Positions 42,375-64,000 of a DNA stretch of 64,000 nucleotides are shown here, piece by piece (positions within the stretch are counted from its first letter, which is position 1; every line of letters starts with the position of its first letter). Position numbers and translations under genes: made by a program. The notes under the pieces were generated by a model. The model was not told the DNA's origin. It made no database searches and saw only the letters and a program-made list of their open reading frames with translations. This stretch comes from the human T2T-CHM13v2.0 reference genome, Homo sapiens. Location: NCBI RefSeq assembly GCF_009914755.1, contig NC_060947.1, one strand, 5' to 3'.

Positions 42375-42480
42375 GTGGTCACTTTGGCAGCACATATACT
42401 AAAATTGGAAAGATACAGAGAAGATTAGCATGTCCATTGTGCAAGGATGACATGCAAATTTGTGAAGCATTCCATATTTT
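42375..42480 (+). pseudogene. RNU6: Full-length U6 snRNA retrocopy (5' part of U6/L1 chimera)
   Basis: GTGGTCACTTTGGCAGCACATATACTAAAATTGGAA...ACAGAGAAGATTAGCATG...TTCCATATTTT; mostly CpG-decay changes; no upstream promoter. Confidence 0.95.
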
Positions 42481-43152
42481 CATGGAAAGGAAAAACTGGT
42501 ACCAGCCACTGAAAAAACACATTAAAGTACAAAGACCAATGACACTATGAAGAGACTGTATCAACTAGTTTGCAAAATAACCAGCTAGCATCATGATGAC
42601 AGGATCAAATTTACACATAACAATAACCTTAAATGTAAATGGACTGAATGCCCCAATTAAAAGACTCAGACTGGCAAACTGGATAAAAAGTCAAGACCCA
42701 TCAGTGTACTGTATTCAAGAGACCCATCTCACATGCAAAGACACATAGCCTCAAAATAAAGGGATGAAGAAAAATTAACCAAGCAAATGGAAAGCAGAAA
42801 AAAGCAGGGGTTGCAATCCTAGTTTCTGACAAAACAGACTTTAAACCAACAAAGATCAAAAAAGACAAAGAAGGGCCTTACATAATGGTAAAGGAATCAA
42901 TTCAGCAAGAAGAGCTGACAATCCTAAATATATAAACACCCAATACAGGAGCACCCAGATTCATAAAACAAGTTCTTAGAGACCTACAAAGAGACTCAGA
43001 CTCCCATACAATAATAGTCGGAGACTTTAACACCCCATTGTCAATATTAGACAGATCAATGAGACAGAAAATTAACAAGGATATTCAGGACTTGAACTCA
43101 GCTCTGGATCAGGTGGACCATGTTAGGGTTTGAAGAGAAGGCAAGGGTTAAA

Positions 43153-43189
<37 letters not shown>

Positions 43190-43212
43190 ACACACACACA
43201 CACACACACACG
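43153..43212. repeat. (CA)n microsatellite inside the 3' LTR
   Basis: About 30 CA units with one interruption. Confidence 0.95.
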
Positions 43213-43599
43213 GTAGCTTAACAGCAAATGCAGGCTTTATGTCCAGCGTAAGGCCTACAGAAGTGGGAGACCAGCTTAATGCCAGTGCCACCACTGCTTA
43301 CAGGCTTGGACAATTTATAGGCCTGGATGGGCAGGGTCTGGGGGGGCATGGGCTGCTGCCTGGAAAATGTTGATAATGTGTTCCCATGATGAGGCTGTTC
43401 TGGCCCTTGTTCTGTTGGAATGTGGTGTTTCTTGCACTTTTTCCCAGCAGAATATGATAAGAGGCAGGCTGTTTCTCATGGCCCAAATATCCAGTGGGAT
43501 GTTTCACTTTGACCAAGGTCTGCAAAATGGTGGGGGGACTTACAAAATGGTGCAGTTTGGACTAATATTCTTGCCTTCTATTTTAATATAAAAGGAAGA

Positions 43600-44660
43600 G
43601 GGGTGTTGTTGATTATCTGGTTGCTTCCTGCTGAATAGGGGCCCTGTAATCAGGGTTTGGGTTTTTAAGCAGTGGGTGTCCGACTTCAGAGTTGTTTTCC
43701 TGGAGGCACTGATACTGGACTTGGTGGAGAAGGATGGTATCAATGTGTTTCTGGGTGGTTGCCTGGACAAGGGAGTTCAGCCTTCGGGAGATAAAGCAGG
43801 ATATGAAGATGAGTATACATGGGCCAATTATTAGTATTAGGAGGAGGAAGATTAGGGACCCTAAGAAAGGGGCAACCTGCTATCCCGGTGCTGAGTGCAG
43901 CAGAGATGTTTAGTTCTGCTAACAGGGGAATTAAGTGTACAGGCTGTTGGGTATATGTGGAGGAGGAGGAAATAGGGATTACTAAAGGAACCTGAATGGT
44001 TTGGTTGTTAGGCAAAATGTTAATGTTTGGAGATTAAAACACCAGAGTGTATGTTCTTAACTCACCTGCCAGCAGGCAAAGATAAGCTTTTTTGCCACAC
44101 AGGAAAAAAGACCAGGGGTTGACAGGCAAGAGTTGTAAGTGAAGGCAGTGAGCCATGAGAAGATGGGGGTTGAATCCTGGACAAACTTTTTGTCCCAACT
44201 TTTTTGTTTTTCTAGGTTGAATAGCTGTTAACAAGGGTAACCCCTGTGAGGGCCTGATAGGGAATGTTGGTGGGGGTGGAGGTGAAGGTTGTTTGGTTTT
44301 GGAGAGAGATAGAGAAATGGATTTTTGTTAACTAATAGCCATTGCGGTTCTGATAGGGCAGAAGGATATAGGTTGCAGTTGAGAGAACTGTTTGTGCATT
44401 TTTTCCAAGGAGAGCCCTTGATTTGGCTACACGGAGAGCTGCGCCAGCAGAGAGGGGAGGGGTTAGTAAGAGGTGTTTAACAGTTGGAAGAAAGAGGGGA
44501 GTGTGACTGATTTAAGAGGCAATGTGTGAGGTTGACGAAGGGGGTCCAGCTCTCAGAGGTTGTGGGTGGGGACTTAGAGTATCCCACGGACAAAGAGGAC
44601 ACAAGGAGAAAAAGGAGATTTGAGTAGGAGTGAAATTTTGGAAGGTGTCCTGCAGCCATA
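43600..44660 (-). pseudogene. env: env remnant of HERV-F-type provirus
   Basis: Signal-like LLFLLVSSLSVG; fusion peptide VHLIPLLAELNISAALSTGIAG joined directly to a TM-anchor-like segment. Confidence 0.65.
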
Positions 44661-44756
44661 GATCCTGGATTAATGTGAAGAATGTGTGTGGACTGCCTAG
44701 GGATGTGGGGAGGGAATACCAGGAAAGATCTGAAACAAGGTATAAGAGAAGATTTG

Positions 44757-48960
<4,204 letters not shown>

Positions 48961-49037
48961 CCCTGTCAGTCTTCAGTTAGAGGTGATGAAGCGGGAGGAA
49001 GAGTTTGGCTGAGCACAGTCCGACTTCCGGTGTTGTT

Positions 49038-50770
<1,733 letters not shown>

Positions 50771-51421
50771 GAGAGTGGTGTCTTGAGGAGGTTTGAGGAG
50801 ACTTGCCCCATACTGGTGGCTGGAAGGGTGAGAAATTTAGAAGAGGGGAGTGAGTACCCCAGAGGGGAGTGAATACTCCAAAGGAAAGTGAGTACCCTGG
50901 AGAGGAGTGAGTACCCGAATTCCTCCGGGAGAAGGAACATAGGATAGCTGAGCTGGAGCATCCCCACAGCTCTTTGCAGTCCCCCAGAGGCCGGAGTGGC
51001 TGGAGTGGTGAGCATTCAAGGGCACCCCTGAGAAGGCAGGCCGTGGTCACCTGGTGACAGAGGAGACCTCTCACCCAGAGTTGGGATTTTCTGGTGAACC
51101 ATCAGAAATAGAGAGGAATTCGGAAAGGAGGAAAAGGGAGACTCACCCACTAATTGGAGATTGGTGTTGGATGTGATGTCCAGCAATGGGGGTGATCCTT
51201 GTCAGAGCCACCCAGAAAAGGGAAAGAAAGAAAAAGAGGATGGAGAGTTTGATCAGGATCTGGAGGTCAGCCCAGGGCTGGAGAAGATGAGAAAATGAGG
51301 GAAGCAGGGCTAGGAACAAGGAGTCCACTCAGGATCTGGAAGCAGTCCTGGGTCTAGTTTTTGCTGCTTGCTGCTTTCCAGGTTGCAAGAGAAGACTTAC
51401 CTGTTTAGAACCCAATCCCCA

Positions 51422-51439
51422 TCCCAGGTTTTGGCACCA
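51422..51439 (-). other. Primer binding site, tRNA-Phe
   Basis: Minus TGGTGCCAAAACCTGGGA versus expected TGGTGCCGAAACCCGGGA (two CpG transitions). Confidence 0.85.
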
Positions 51440-52636
51440 AAATGTTAGGTTTTGAAGGGAAGTTGAGAGTTAAAGAAAGACACACACACAGAGAGAGGGC
51501 AGCTTAACTGCAATACCAGTATATCGCAAAAACCTGTTAAGGTGGGGGACCAGCTTAATGCCAGAGCCCACCGTGGCTTATAGGCTTGGGCAATTCATAG
51601 GTCTGAGTGGGAGGGGACTGTGGGGGCATGGCTTGCTGCCTGGAAAAATGTTGATAACCTGTTCATAGGATGAGGTGGTTCTGGCCCTTGTTCTGGCAGA
51701 ATGTGGTGTTCCTTGCACTTTCTCTCAGCAGAATATGATAAGAAGCAGGCTGTTTCTCATAGCCCAAACTACCATGGAATGTTTCACTTTGATCAAGATC
51801 TGCAAAATGGCAGGCGGCTTACAAAATGATGCAATTTGGACTAACAAACCTGCTAGATATCTACAGAACTCTTTATCCAAAAACCACAGAATATACATTC
51901 TTATCAGTGCCGCATGGCACTTACTCTAAAATCGATCACATAATTGGAAGTAAAACACTCCTCAGCTAATGCAAAGGAACTGAAATAATAATAAACAGTC
52001 TCTCAGACCACAGGGCAATCAAATTATAACTCAAGATTAAGAAACTCACTCAAAACCACACAACTACATGAAAATTGAACAGCCTGCTCCTGAACTGGGT
52101 AAATAATGAAATAAAGGCAGAAATCAAGAAGTTCTTTGAAACAAATGAGAACAAAGAGACAACATACCAGCACTATTCACAATAGGGAAGACATGGAATC
52201 AACCCAAAGGCCCATCAATGATAGACTGGATAAAGAAAATGTGGTACATACACACCACGGAATACTATGTAGCCTTAAAAAAGAATGAGATCATGTCCTT
52301 TGCAGGGACATGGATGAAGCTGGAAGCCATTATCCTCAGCAAACTAACACAGGAACAGAAAACCAAACACTGCATATTCTCACTCATATGTGGGAGCTGA
52401 ACAATAAGAACACATGGACACAGGGAGGGGAACAACACACACTGGGGCCTGTCAGGGGTGTGGGGGAGGGAGAACATCAGGGTAAATAGCTAATGTATGC
52501 AGGGCTTAATACTTAGGTGATGGGTTGTTAGGTGCAGCAAACCAGCATGGCACACATTTACCTATGTAACAAACATGCATATCCTGCACATGTATCATCT
52601 GACCTTAAAATAAAACAATATAAAATAAAAAATAAA

Positions 52637-53146
52637 GTAGTTGGCTAGGTTTACATTTTGCAATATAGACATTGCGGAATTTAGACATATAGGAAATCAA
52701 GATACTGGGCACATTCTTTGTAAAGTGAAATCAGAAAGTCTCTGGTTATAAAGAGTGAATGGGATTAAGCAGGTGTTTTATAGGCAGTCTCCTCACACTG
52801 AATTGCAGCTGTGTGCTATTTGGAATGCAGTCTGACTTAATAACTCACACATGCCAGTAACATACATGATAGAGCCAAAGTACTGTAGTTAAATAATGGA
52901 TTTTATAAACATTAAATGGTCTTTTAGCATCTGAATTTATTGCGAGAGTCAAGTAAGGGGTTATATATGCGTGCATTTTGGTCTGAATCTTGAACTTCTG
53001 TTAAACATTGATATAAATGTGTCTCTTGAGACTGGTCTATAACAGATTTAAAAAAATGATTACTTTTTCTCAGGCTTTAAAAATCCTATTTTTGGCAACA
53101 GAATCTATGAGTTTTATTAAACAAAGTAAAAGTTTAGACCTTTACA
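52637..53146 (+). other. Putative 3'-transduced non-repeat segment of the U6/L1 insertion
   Basis: Between the L1 A-tail and the right TSD; ATTAAA at 53116-53121. Confidence 0.65.
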
Positions 53147-53910
53147 AATAATCACTTTAAATGTTAATGGTCTAAATACACCAATTAAAAGACAGAAATT
53201 GTCAGAGGGAGTCAAGACGCAATGCCCAAACATATGTTTTCTACAAGGAATCCACGTTAAATATAAACACACATATAGATAAAAAGATAAATGGATGGAG
53301 AATGACATACCATGTTGATACTAATAAAAAGAAAGTGGTAGTAGCTGTATTAATTTAAGACAAAGCAGACTTCAGAGCAAAAAAAAAGTATCAGGATAAA
53401 GAGGTTTACTACATAATGATGAGGGCCAATTATACAACAGGGCTAACAATCCTTAATGTGTATGCACCTAACGATAGCATCAAAATACATGAGGCAAAAA
53501 ATGATAAAACTGTAAAAGGGAATAGATACATTCACTATTATAGTTGGAGACTTTAACATGTCTTTTTCAGTAATGGACAGATTTGACAGGCAGAAAATTA
53601 ATAAGGACCTAGAGGAAATCAATATCACCATTAATCAAATAGATTTAATTAACACCAATTAAAGGGCACTTCATCAAACAACAGTAGATTATACATTGTT
53701 CTCAAGCTCACACAAAACATTCGCCAAGACTGATGACATTCTGGGCCACAAAACACCTTAACAAATTTGTATGGATATGAATCATACAATGTCTGCTCTC
53801 AAACCACAATGGAATTAAATGAGAAGTTAATAACAGAAAGATAGCTGGAAAATCCCAAAATACTTGAAAATCAAACAACAGACTTCTAAATAACACACGA
53901 GCCAAAGAGA

Positions 53911-54622
53911 CTCAATGTAAATGTTTATTGATAGATGAATGGATAAAGAAAATGTAGTATACACATACAATGAAATATTATTCAGACTTATGAAAGAAGG
54001 AAATCCTGCCATTTGTGAAATATGGATGAGTGTGGAGGATAATAGGCTAAGTGAAATTAGCCAAACACACAAGGACAAATACTACATAATACCACCTATG
54101 TGATGAATCTAAAATAGTCAAACTCATAGCAGCAGAGAGTGGAATAGTTGTTGAAGGGAACATGATGAGGTGGAATCAAAGTTATTAGACAAAGAATACA
54201 ATTTTCAGTTACATAAGTTGAATAAGTCCTAGGGATATATTGTACAGCATAGAGCCTATGGTTAATAATACTGTATTGTGTACTTAAAATTTTAGCTAGG
54301 TGTGGTGGCTCATGCCTGTAATTTCAACACTTTGAGAGGCTGAGGCAGGAGGATCACTTGAGTCCAGCAGTTTGAGACCAGCCTGGGAAACATAGCAAGA
54401 CCTTGGTTCTACAAAAAATAAAAAATAAATTAGCTCAGTGTGGCAGTGTGCACTTGCAGTTCCAGCTCCTCAGGAGACTGAGATGGGAGGATTGGTTGAA
54501 CCCAGGAGTTCAAGGCTGCAGTGAGCCATGATTGTGCCACTGCCCTCAAGCCTGGGTGAAAGAGTAAGGCTTTGTCTCAAAAAAATTTGCCAAGAAGGTA
54601 GATCTTATATTAAGTATTCTCA

Positions 54623-54656
<34 letters not shown>

Positions 54657-54765
54657 ACACACACAAATAAGGCAGGAGAAAACTTTTGAAAGTGACAGGT
54701 AGTTTTATGGCATAGATTGTGCTGATAGTTTCATGAATGTATACTTATCTCCAAATAACATGGTT
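53911..54765 (+). mobile_element. L1MA-like 3' end nested in host L1M
   Basis: GGAAATCCTGCCATTTGTG...CTAAAATAGTCAAACTCATAG; (CA)n at 54622-54665. Confidence 0.75.
54293..54585 (+). mobile_element. AluJ
   Basis: Diverged dimer, TSD-like AAAATTT. Confidence 0.9.
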
Positions 54766-55376
54766 TTGTTTAAAGAAGATATCTTTTTTTTAGAAGAAGA
54801 AATCTTAATAGAAATTTAAAAATATTATGAGCTAATTGAAAATGAAATGACAGCTGATCCAAATTTGTGGCATGCAGTGAAAGCAGTGCTGAGAGGGAAA
54901 TTTATAGTACTGCATGCACATATGAGAAAAGAAAAAAGACACAAAATCAATAATCTTAAGCTTACACCTTAAGAAACTAGAAAAAAAGGAAGCAAATTAA
55001 ATCCAAAGTTAGCAGAAGAAAAGAAATAATACAGATCACATCAGAAATCAATGAAATTGACAACAGGATATTAATAAAGAGAATCAGCAAAACGAAAAGC
55101 TGGTTCTTTGAAAAGATCAATAAAATTGATAAGCCTGTAGCCAGGCTAAGAAAGAAAGTGAGAAGACACAAATTAATAATATCAGAAATGAAAGAGGGGA
55201 CATCACTAAAGATCCTATGGACATTAAAAGGGTAATAAAGAAATATTATGAACAACTCTATATTCATTATTTGATAACCTGGGTGACCCAATTTCTTAAA
55301 AGGCACAATCTAACAAAACTCATCCAAAATAAATATATAATTTGACTAGCCCTATATCCATTACAGATATTAAAAT

Positions 55377-55530
55377 TACCTATTGGCTACTATGCTCACT
55401 CCCTGGTGACAGGATCCATACCACAAACCTCAGCTTCATGCAATATAACCATGTGACAAATCTGCACACGTACTTCCTGTATCTGAAATAAAAGTTGAAA
55501 TTTAAAGAAATACTAAAAATAATTTTAAAA
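55377..55530 (+). mobile_element. Short L1PA15/16-like 3' terminus
   Basis: TACTATGCTCACT...AAACCTCAGC...CAATATAACCATGT...AATAAAAGTTGAA. Confidence 0.7.
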
Positions 55531-56424
55531 TATATTAAATAAATATCAATAACCTCCCCAAACCAAAAGTACCAGGTCCAGTTACATTCACTGGGGAATT
55601 CTATAAACATTTAAGGAAGAAATAATACCAATTATTTGTAATATTTTTCAGAAGATAAAAGCAGAGATAATTTCTAATTCTTATTATAAAGCCAGCATTA
55701 CCCTAATACCAAAATCAAAGACATTACAAGAAAAGAAAACTATAGACCAATATTTTTGATGAACATAAATGCAAAAATTCTCAATAAAACATTAACACAT
55801 CAAATCTAACAATACAGAAAAATAATTATATGCCACAATCAAGTGGTAATTTTCCCAGGCATGCAAAGTTAGTTCAACATTTGAAAATCAATTAATGTAA
55901 TAAATCAGTAAGCTAAAGAAGAAAAATCACATAATCATATTCAATAAGCACAGAAAAAAATATTTGACAAAATTCAACTCCCATGATAACCAGTCTCAGC
56001 AAATTCAGAATAGAAGGGAACTTCTTCAACTTCATAAGAATATGTACACCAAATGCACAGTTAACATCATACTTACCAGTGAGAAACAAGAACTTTTCCC
56101 TGTAAGATCAGGAACAAAGCAAGAATGGCTGGATAATTCTCTGAAGTCTACTCGTGGGTTGTGGTGCTGGTGGTAGCAGCCAGAAAATATAGAAGATAAA
56201 AGCATTAATTACATGAAATAGTATATTCTGTATTGCACAGGAGTATTTTTGGTTTTGAATGAAAGCTGTGCCCTGGAAAGGATAGCATTCATTTTTTAAG
56301 GTTTTGAGAAACACTGGATGACTAGTTTGGATATACATTTTGGCACATTCTGTTTGACCATCCAGCTGGAGAATAATATACTAAGCTTAAGCAAACTTTA
56401 CCCTAGAGGAGAAGAAATAAGTAA

Positions 56425-56719
<295 letters not shown>

Positions 56720-56824
56720 GAGAAATAAGTATTTTCAAAAAAAAGAATTAGGACATGGTGGCCTTGGTCTGAGAAGACCTGGTGTATGAGTCAGTGGAGC
56801 ATTTTAGGGACATTGTTGTAGTCA

Positions 56825-58722
<1,898 letters not shown>

Positions 58723-59339
58723 AAAAAGAGTGTTGTTACTAAAATGGAGGGAGTTTATGATAAAACACTTGGATATTGTGGCACAGGCCTTCAAGTATTG
58801 ACAGGTCTTCTGCCTTCTAATTGAATTCTTTGCCTAACAGCTCATTTCATTTGCCTCTGAATGGAGTTCAATTTAATTCATGATCAATAAGTAGTAAGTA
58901 GTCCATAAGGATCTCGGAAAGACAAAGTAATTGAAAGGCAAGGCTTCATGCCATGGACACAGCTGGATTTAAATTTCCCCAGTATGAAATATAAGAAGGT
59001 AAAGAGGTGTGAATTCCATACTGTATTAGGCTAAATGCAAAAACAGAAGGTTTTTTCTGCAAGGATCTTGATGCTATCATTCTTAGATGTAGACAACAAA
59101 ACTCTTTTGTGTGGTTTCAGTAACAGAGAGATAATAAGTGGGCTTCATCAAGAGTTTTTGTTGTAATTCTAAACTATGGAATGCTTTACTCCAAACTATA
59201 ATAAATATAATAAATAAATATAAGACTAAACAATGATACCACTGGAATTCAATACATTCTTCCTCTTTCCAATGACACAACATTTTAATGAACAGGAAAG
59301 CAAAAAACAGATAGGGGCCAATTCAGTGAGAGGATCTAA

Positions 59340-59525
59340 GAATTGTAAATATATGGCACCCAACACTGGAGCACCCAGATATATAAAGCCATTATTATTA
59401 GAGTTAAAGAGAAATGCAGACCCCAATACAATAATAGCTGGAGAATTCAACATCCCACTTTCAGCATTGGACAGATCTTCCAGATAAAAAAGTCAACAAA
59501 AAACACCAGACTTAATCTGCACTAT
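59340..59525 (+). mobile_element. L1M endonuclease fragment
   Basis: APNTGAPRYIK..LLELK...NTIIAGEFNIPLSALDRSSR. Confidence 0.8.
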
Positions 59526-59534
59526 AATATAACA

Positions 59535-62500
59535 TAAATAATGTGTATTCTGCAGTCATTGGATGAAGTGTTCTGTAAATATTGATTAGATCCATTTGTT
59601 CTATAGTGAATATCAAGTCTGATATTTCTTTGTTGATTTTCAGCCTGGATGATCTGTCTAATGCTGAAAGTGGAGTGTTGAAGACTCTAACGATCATTGT
59701 TTTTGGGGTCTCTCTCTTTAGCTCTAACAATATGTGCTTTATATATGTGGGTGCTCCAGTATTGAGTGCATATATATTTACCATGTTATATATTCTTGCT
59801 GAAATGATCTCTTTATCATTATACAGTGACCTTCTTTGTCTCTTCTTATATCTTTTGTTTGAAATCTATTTTTTTTCTGATATAACTACACTTGTTCTTT
59901 TTTGGTTTCTATTAGTATAAAATATCATTTTTCATCCTTTTATTTTCAGTCTATATGTGTCTTTATAGGTGAAATGTGTCTCTTGTAGGCAACAGATCAA
60001 TGCATCTTGATTTTTAATCCATTCAGCCACTCTTTCTCATTTGATTACAGAATTTAGTCCATCTACATTCAATGTTATTATCGATAAATAAGGACTTACT
60101 CTTGCCATTTATTTATTGTTTTCTGGTTGTTTTGTGATCTTCCCTTCCTTCTTTCCTTCCTTCCTGTAATCCTTTTAGTGGGGGTGATTTTCTTTGATGG
60201 TATGTTTTAATTTCTTGCTTTTTATGTTTTTCGATCCATTGTACATTTTTTGATATGAGGGTGCTTTGATGCTTGCAAATACTATTGTATAACCCATTAT
60301 TTTAAACTGATTACAACTTAATACTGATTGCATAAAAAATTAAATGAGAAGCAATGAAAAAACTAATATAAACTCTACATGTTAACTTCAACCCCTGCTT
60401 TTTAACTTTTTGTTTTTTCTATTTATGTCTTATTGTACTGTCTACGTCTTAAAAAGTTTTTGTAGTTGTTTTTGATCTGTTCATCTTTTAGTCCTTCTAC
60501 TTAAGATATAAATAGTTTGCACAACACAAATACAATGTTATATTATGTGTTTTTCTCCATACTCACTATTATCAGTGAGTTTTGTACTTTCAGATGATTT
60601 CTTGTTGCTTATTAACATCATTTTGTTTATGATTAAATAACTCCTTTAACATTTCCTATAGGACAGGTCTGGTGTTGATGAAATGCCTCAGTTTTCATTT
60701 GTCTAGGAAAGTATTTTTCTTTTACATTTAAAAGACATTTTTATGGGATATACTATTCTAGTGTAAACATGTTTCTTCTTTTAGCACTTTAAATATGTTA
60801 TGCCACTCTCTCCTCGCCTGTAAGATTTCCACTGGAAAACCTGCTGCCAGATGCTGTGTTGTCTGTTTTTTGTTTGTTTTTTTTTTCTTTTCTCTTGCAG
60901 CTTTTAGCATTCTTTCTTTATTGTTGACATTTTGGGAATTTGACTATTAAATGTCTCAAGGTAGTATTCTTTGGGTTAAATCTGCTTGGTGTTCTATAAC
61001 CTTCTTGTACATAAATATTGATATCTTTCTGTAGGTTTGGGAAATTCTCTGTTATCATCCCTTTGAATAAACTTTCTACCCATATCTGTTTCTCTACCTC
61101 TTGTTTAAGGCTGATAGCTATTATATTTCCCCCTTTGAGGCTATTTTCTAGATCTCATAGGGATGCTTCATTGTTTTATATTCTTTTTTCTTTTGTCTCC
61201 TCTGACTGTGTGTTTTCCTATAGCCTGTCTTCAAGCTCACTAATTCTTCCTTCTGGTTGATCAATCCTGATGCATTCTTCAGTATACATCAATTGCTTTT
61301 TGCAACACCACAATTTCTGCTTGATTCTTTTAAATTATTTCAATATCTTTGTTAAATTTATCAGATAGGATTCTGATTCCCTTCTCTGTGTTATCTTGAA
61401 TTTATTTGAGCTTCCTCAAAACAGCCATTTTGAACTCTCTTTCTGAAAGGTCACATTTATTTCTCTCTCTGGGATTGATGCCTGTTACCTAATTTAATTC
61501 ATTTGGTGAGGTCATGTTTTCTGGATAGTCTTGATGCTTGTGGATGTTTGATGAACAGTTTCTGGACACTGAGTGGTTAGGTATTTATTGTAGTTTTGCA
61601 GTCTGGGCTTGTTTGTACCTGTCCTTCTTGAGAAGGCTTTTCAGGTATTTGTAAGTACTTAGTTGTTGTGACCAAAGTTTTTGGTCACTGCTTCTATATC
61701 TGCATTAGAGGGCCCTCCAGTCCAGCAGTGCTGTGGTTCTTGCAGACTCATAGAAGTACTGCCTTTGTTGTCTTGGATAAAATTGGCAAGAATTTTCTGG
61801 TTTACCAGGCAGAGACTCTTATTCTTTCCTTTACATTCTCCCAAACAAATGGAGTCTCTCCCCCTGTGCTAAGCTGCCTAGAGCTAGGGGAGGAGGAGGA
61901 GTGACACAAGTACTGCTGTGGCCATCACACTAGGACTGTACTGGATGAGAACTGAAGCCAGCACAGCATTGAGTCTCATTCAAGACCCACTGTAACCACT
62001 ACCTGGCCACTGCCTATGTATGCTCAAGGCTCTAGGGCTCTCCAATCAGCAGGTGACAAAGCCAGCCAGGCTTCTGTTCTTCCCTTCTGGTGGCAAGTTC
62101 CCCTGGGCCCTGGGTATGTTCAGAGATGCCATCCAGGAGCTAGGACCTGGAGTCAGAAGCCTTAGAAATCTGCCATGTGCTCTACTCTACTGCACCTGAG
62201 CTGGCACCTAACCACAAGACAAAGTCCTTCCTTCTTTTTCCTCCCATTTTCACAGGCAGAAGATTCTCTTCCCATGGCCACCACCCCACAGGCCCATGGG
62301 GAACACTGCCAGGCTACCACTGGTATTCACTTAAGGCCCAAGGGCTCTTTAGTCAGCCTGTGGTAAATTCTGCCTGGTCTAGGATTCACCCTTTGGGGCA
62401 GTGGGCTTACCTCTGGCCCAATGCAGGTCCAGAAATGCCATCTAAGAGCCAAGGCCTGGAATCAGTGACTGCAAGAGCCCACTTGGTGTTCTTTCCCACT

Positions 62501-63595
62501 GTGGCTGAGCTGGTACCTAACCTACAAGACAAAATCCCCTTTACTCTTTCCTCTGCTATTCTCAAGCAGAAGTCTCTCCCATAGCCACCACATGTAGGAA
62601 TGTTCTGGGTCACATCTGAAACCAGCACATTTTTGGAGTCTTGCCAAAGGCCCACGGCAAGTAGTACCTGGCTATTGCTGGTGATTATTTAGGGTTCAAG
62701 GGGTCCTTAGTCAACAGTTGATGAATCTTTTGTGGACTGGGTCCTTCCCTTCAAGGCATTGGGTTTCCTTTTGGCCAAAGGTGTGTCTCAAAATGTTATG
62801 CAGGAGCTAGGGCATGGAATGGGGTCCTCATGACTCTGTCAGCTGCCCTATCCTGCTGTGGCTAAGCTAGTGACCAAGTTGCAAGGCAAAATCCACTTGA
62901 CTCTTCCCTCTCCTTTCCTCAAGCAGAAGGAAGTAGTCTTTTTGGAGCTTCACATTAGGCTGGCTGTCTGGTGTTGGGGGAGGGGTGGCAAAGGCACTCT
63001 TTAAGCTTCCCTGGTTGGTGTCACACTAGGCCATGTGCCCCCCGAGTTTACTGGCTTCAAGCTCAGCATCGCACTAGAACTTTCCTAGACTTGCGTTGCT
63101 TGTGGCCTTGACTACTTTTTATGTTTATTTAGGACCCCAGAGCACTTTAGCCCACAGTGGTGAAGCTTGCTGAATATCAAGTTCTTACTGCAGAGATTGG
63201 TGATTCCATTCTGGCTGGAACGTCTGTAAATGCTCTCTCTGTGGGCATCAGCTGAGTTCTGCATCATGTTGCTTTCCACTGACAGGACAGAAGTAAGTTT
63301 TAATGCAAAGTCCCACAATCACTGCAGTTTCCCTCTCCCAAATGCACAGATTATCTCTCTGTATCACGTGGTCACTGCTGGGGGATGGAGGCGGGGTGGT
63401 GTCAGCAATTCAAGACTGTATTTCCTACCCTCTTCAGTACCACTTTCAGTGATATGAAGTTAAAAGCAGGTACTGTGATCAGTCATTTGATTTTTGGTTC
63501 TCATGAAGGTTTGTGTGTGAATCATTGTTAAATTTGGTGTTCCTGTGGAGGGGAAGATCAGTGGAGGCTTCTATTCAGTCATCTTGCTTTACCTC
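59535..63595 (-). mobile_element. L1M (L1MA-lineage) 5' half: repeat-containing 5' UTR, ORF1, spacer, EN
   Basis: EN translation at 59512-59784; ~300-bp repeated CAAGACAAA units at 62170-62950. Confidence 0.75.
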
Positions 63596-63599
63596 CTAT

Positions 63600-64000
63600 T
63601 TTTCTTCATTCTTTTTTTTCTCTGCATGCATAATCTCTATCAATAGTTCTCCAAGCTCATTATTTCTTTTTTCTGCAAATCCAAATTTACTGTTGAGGTC
63701 CTACAGTGATTTTTTTTATATGTCAGTTATTGTACTTTCAACTCCAGAATTCCCATTTGGTTGTTTAAAAAAAATTCTCTTTATTGATATTCTCTATTTG
63801 ATGTGACACTGTCATTATATCTCCTTTATGTCTCTAATCACGCTTTACTTTAGTTCTGTGAATATATTATAATGGCTAATTTGCAAACTTTTCCTGTTAA
63901 ATCCAGTTTCTAGTCACTCTCACAGGCAACTTCTGTTGCCTGTTTATTTTCCCCAAATATATGTGTCATACTCTCCTGTTTCTTTGCATGCCTCAAAATT
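63600..64000 (-). mobile_element. Old L1M ORF1-region fragment
   Basis: TCAGTTATTGTACTTTCAACTCCAGAATT motif. Confidence 0.6.

Noticed and set aside
42375-42480. Functional U6 gene
   Set aside because: Multiple substitutions, upstream is L1 sequence with no PSE/TATA, and it is fused to L1.

Overview
This is 64 kb of primate DNA, almost certainly human because it carries an AluYb8. It is made almost entirely of transposable elements, and I find no intact host protein-coding exon. Two deep nests dominate. (1) 7.3-35.6 kb: an old minus-strand L1 (L1PA15/16-like) hosts a full-length L1PB with an apparent 3' transduction. That L1PB contains a two-LTR ERV9/LTR12 provirus with an APOBEC3G-like GG>AG footprint. 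The same host L1 also holds a 9.1-kb L1PA5/L1PA3 recombinant with two 5' ends. (2) 41.7-56.1 kb: an L1M hosts a TSD-bounded U6 snRNA/L1 chimera with an apparent 3' transduction, itself interrupted by a two-LTR HERV-F-type provirus (PBS-Phe). Also present are a 5'-truncated BUD31 processed pseudogene, a twin-primed L1PA3, many Alus, and MIR/L2/MaLR relics. Subfamily names come from recalled consensus diagnostics, not a database search, and boundaries of old elements are approximate. I found no convincing new gene system; the notable signals are records of retrotransposition, recombination and host-restriction events.
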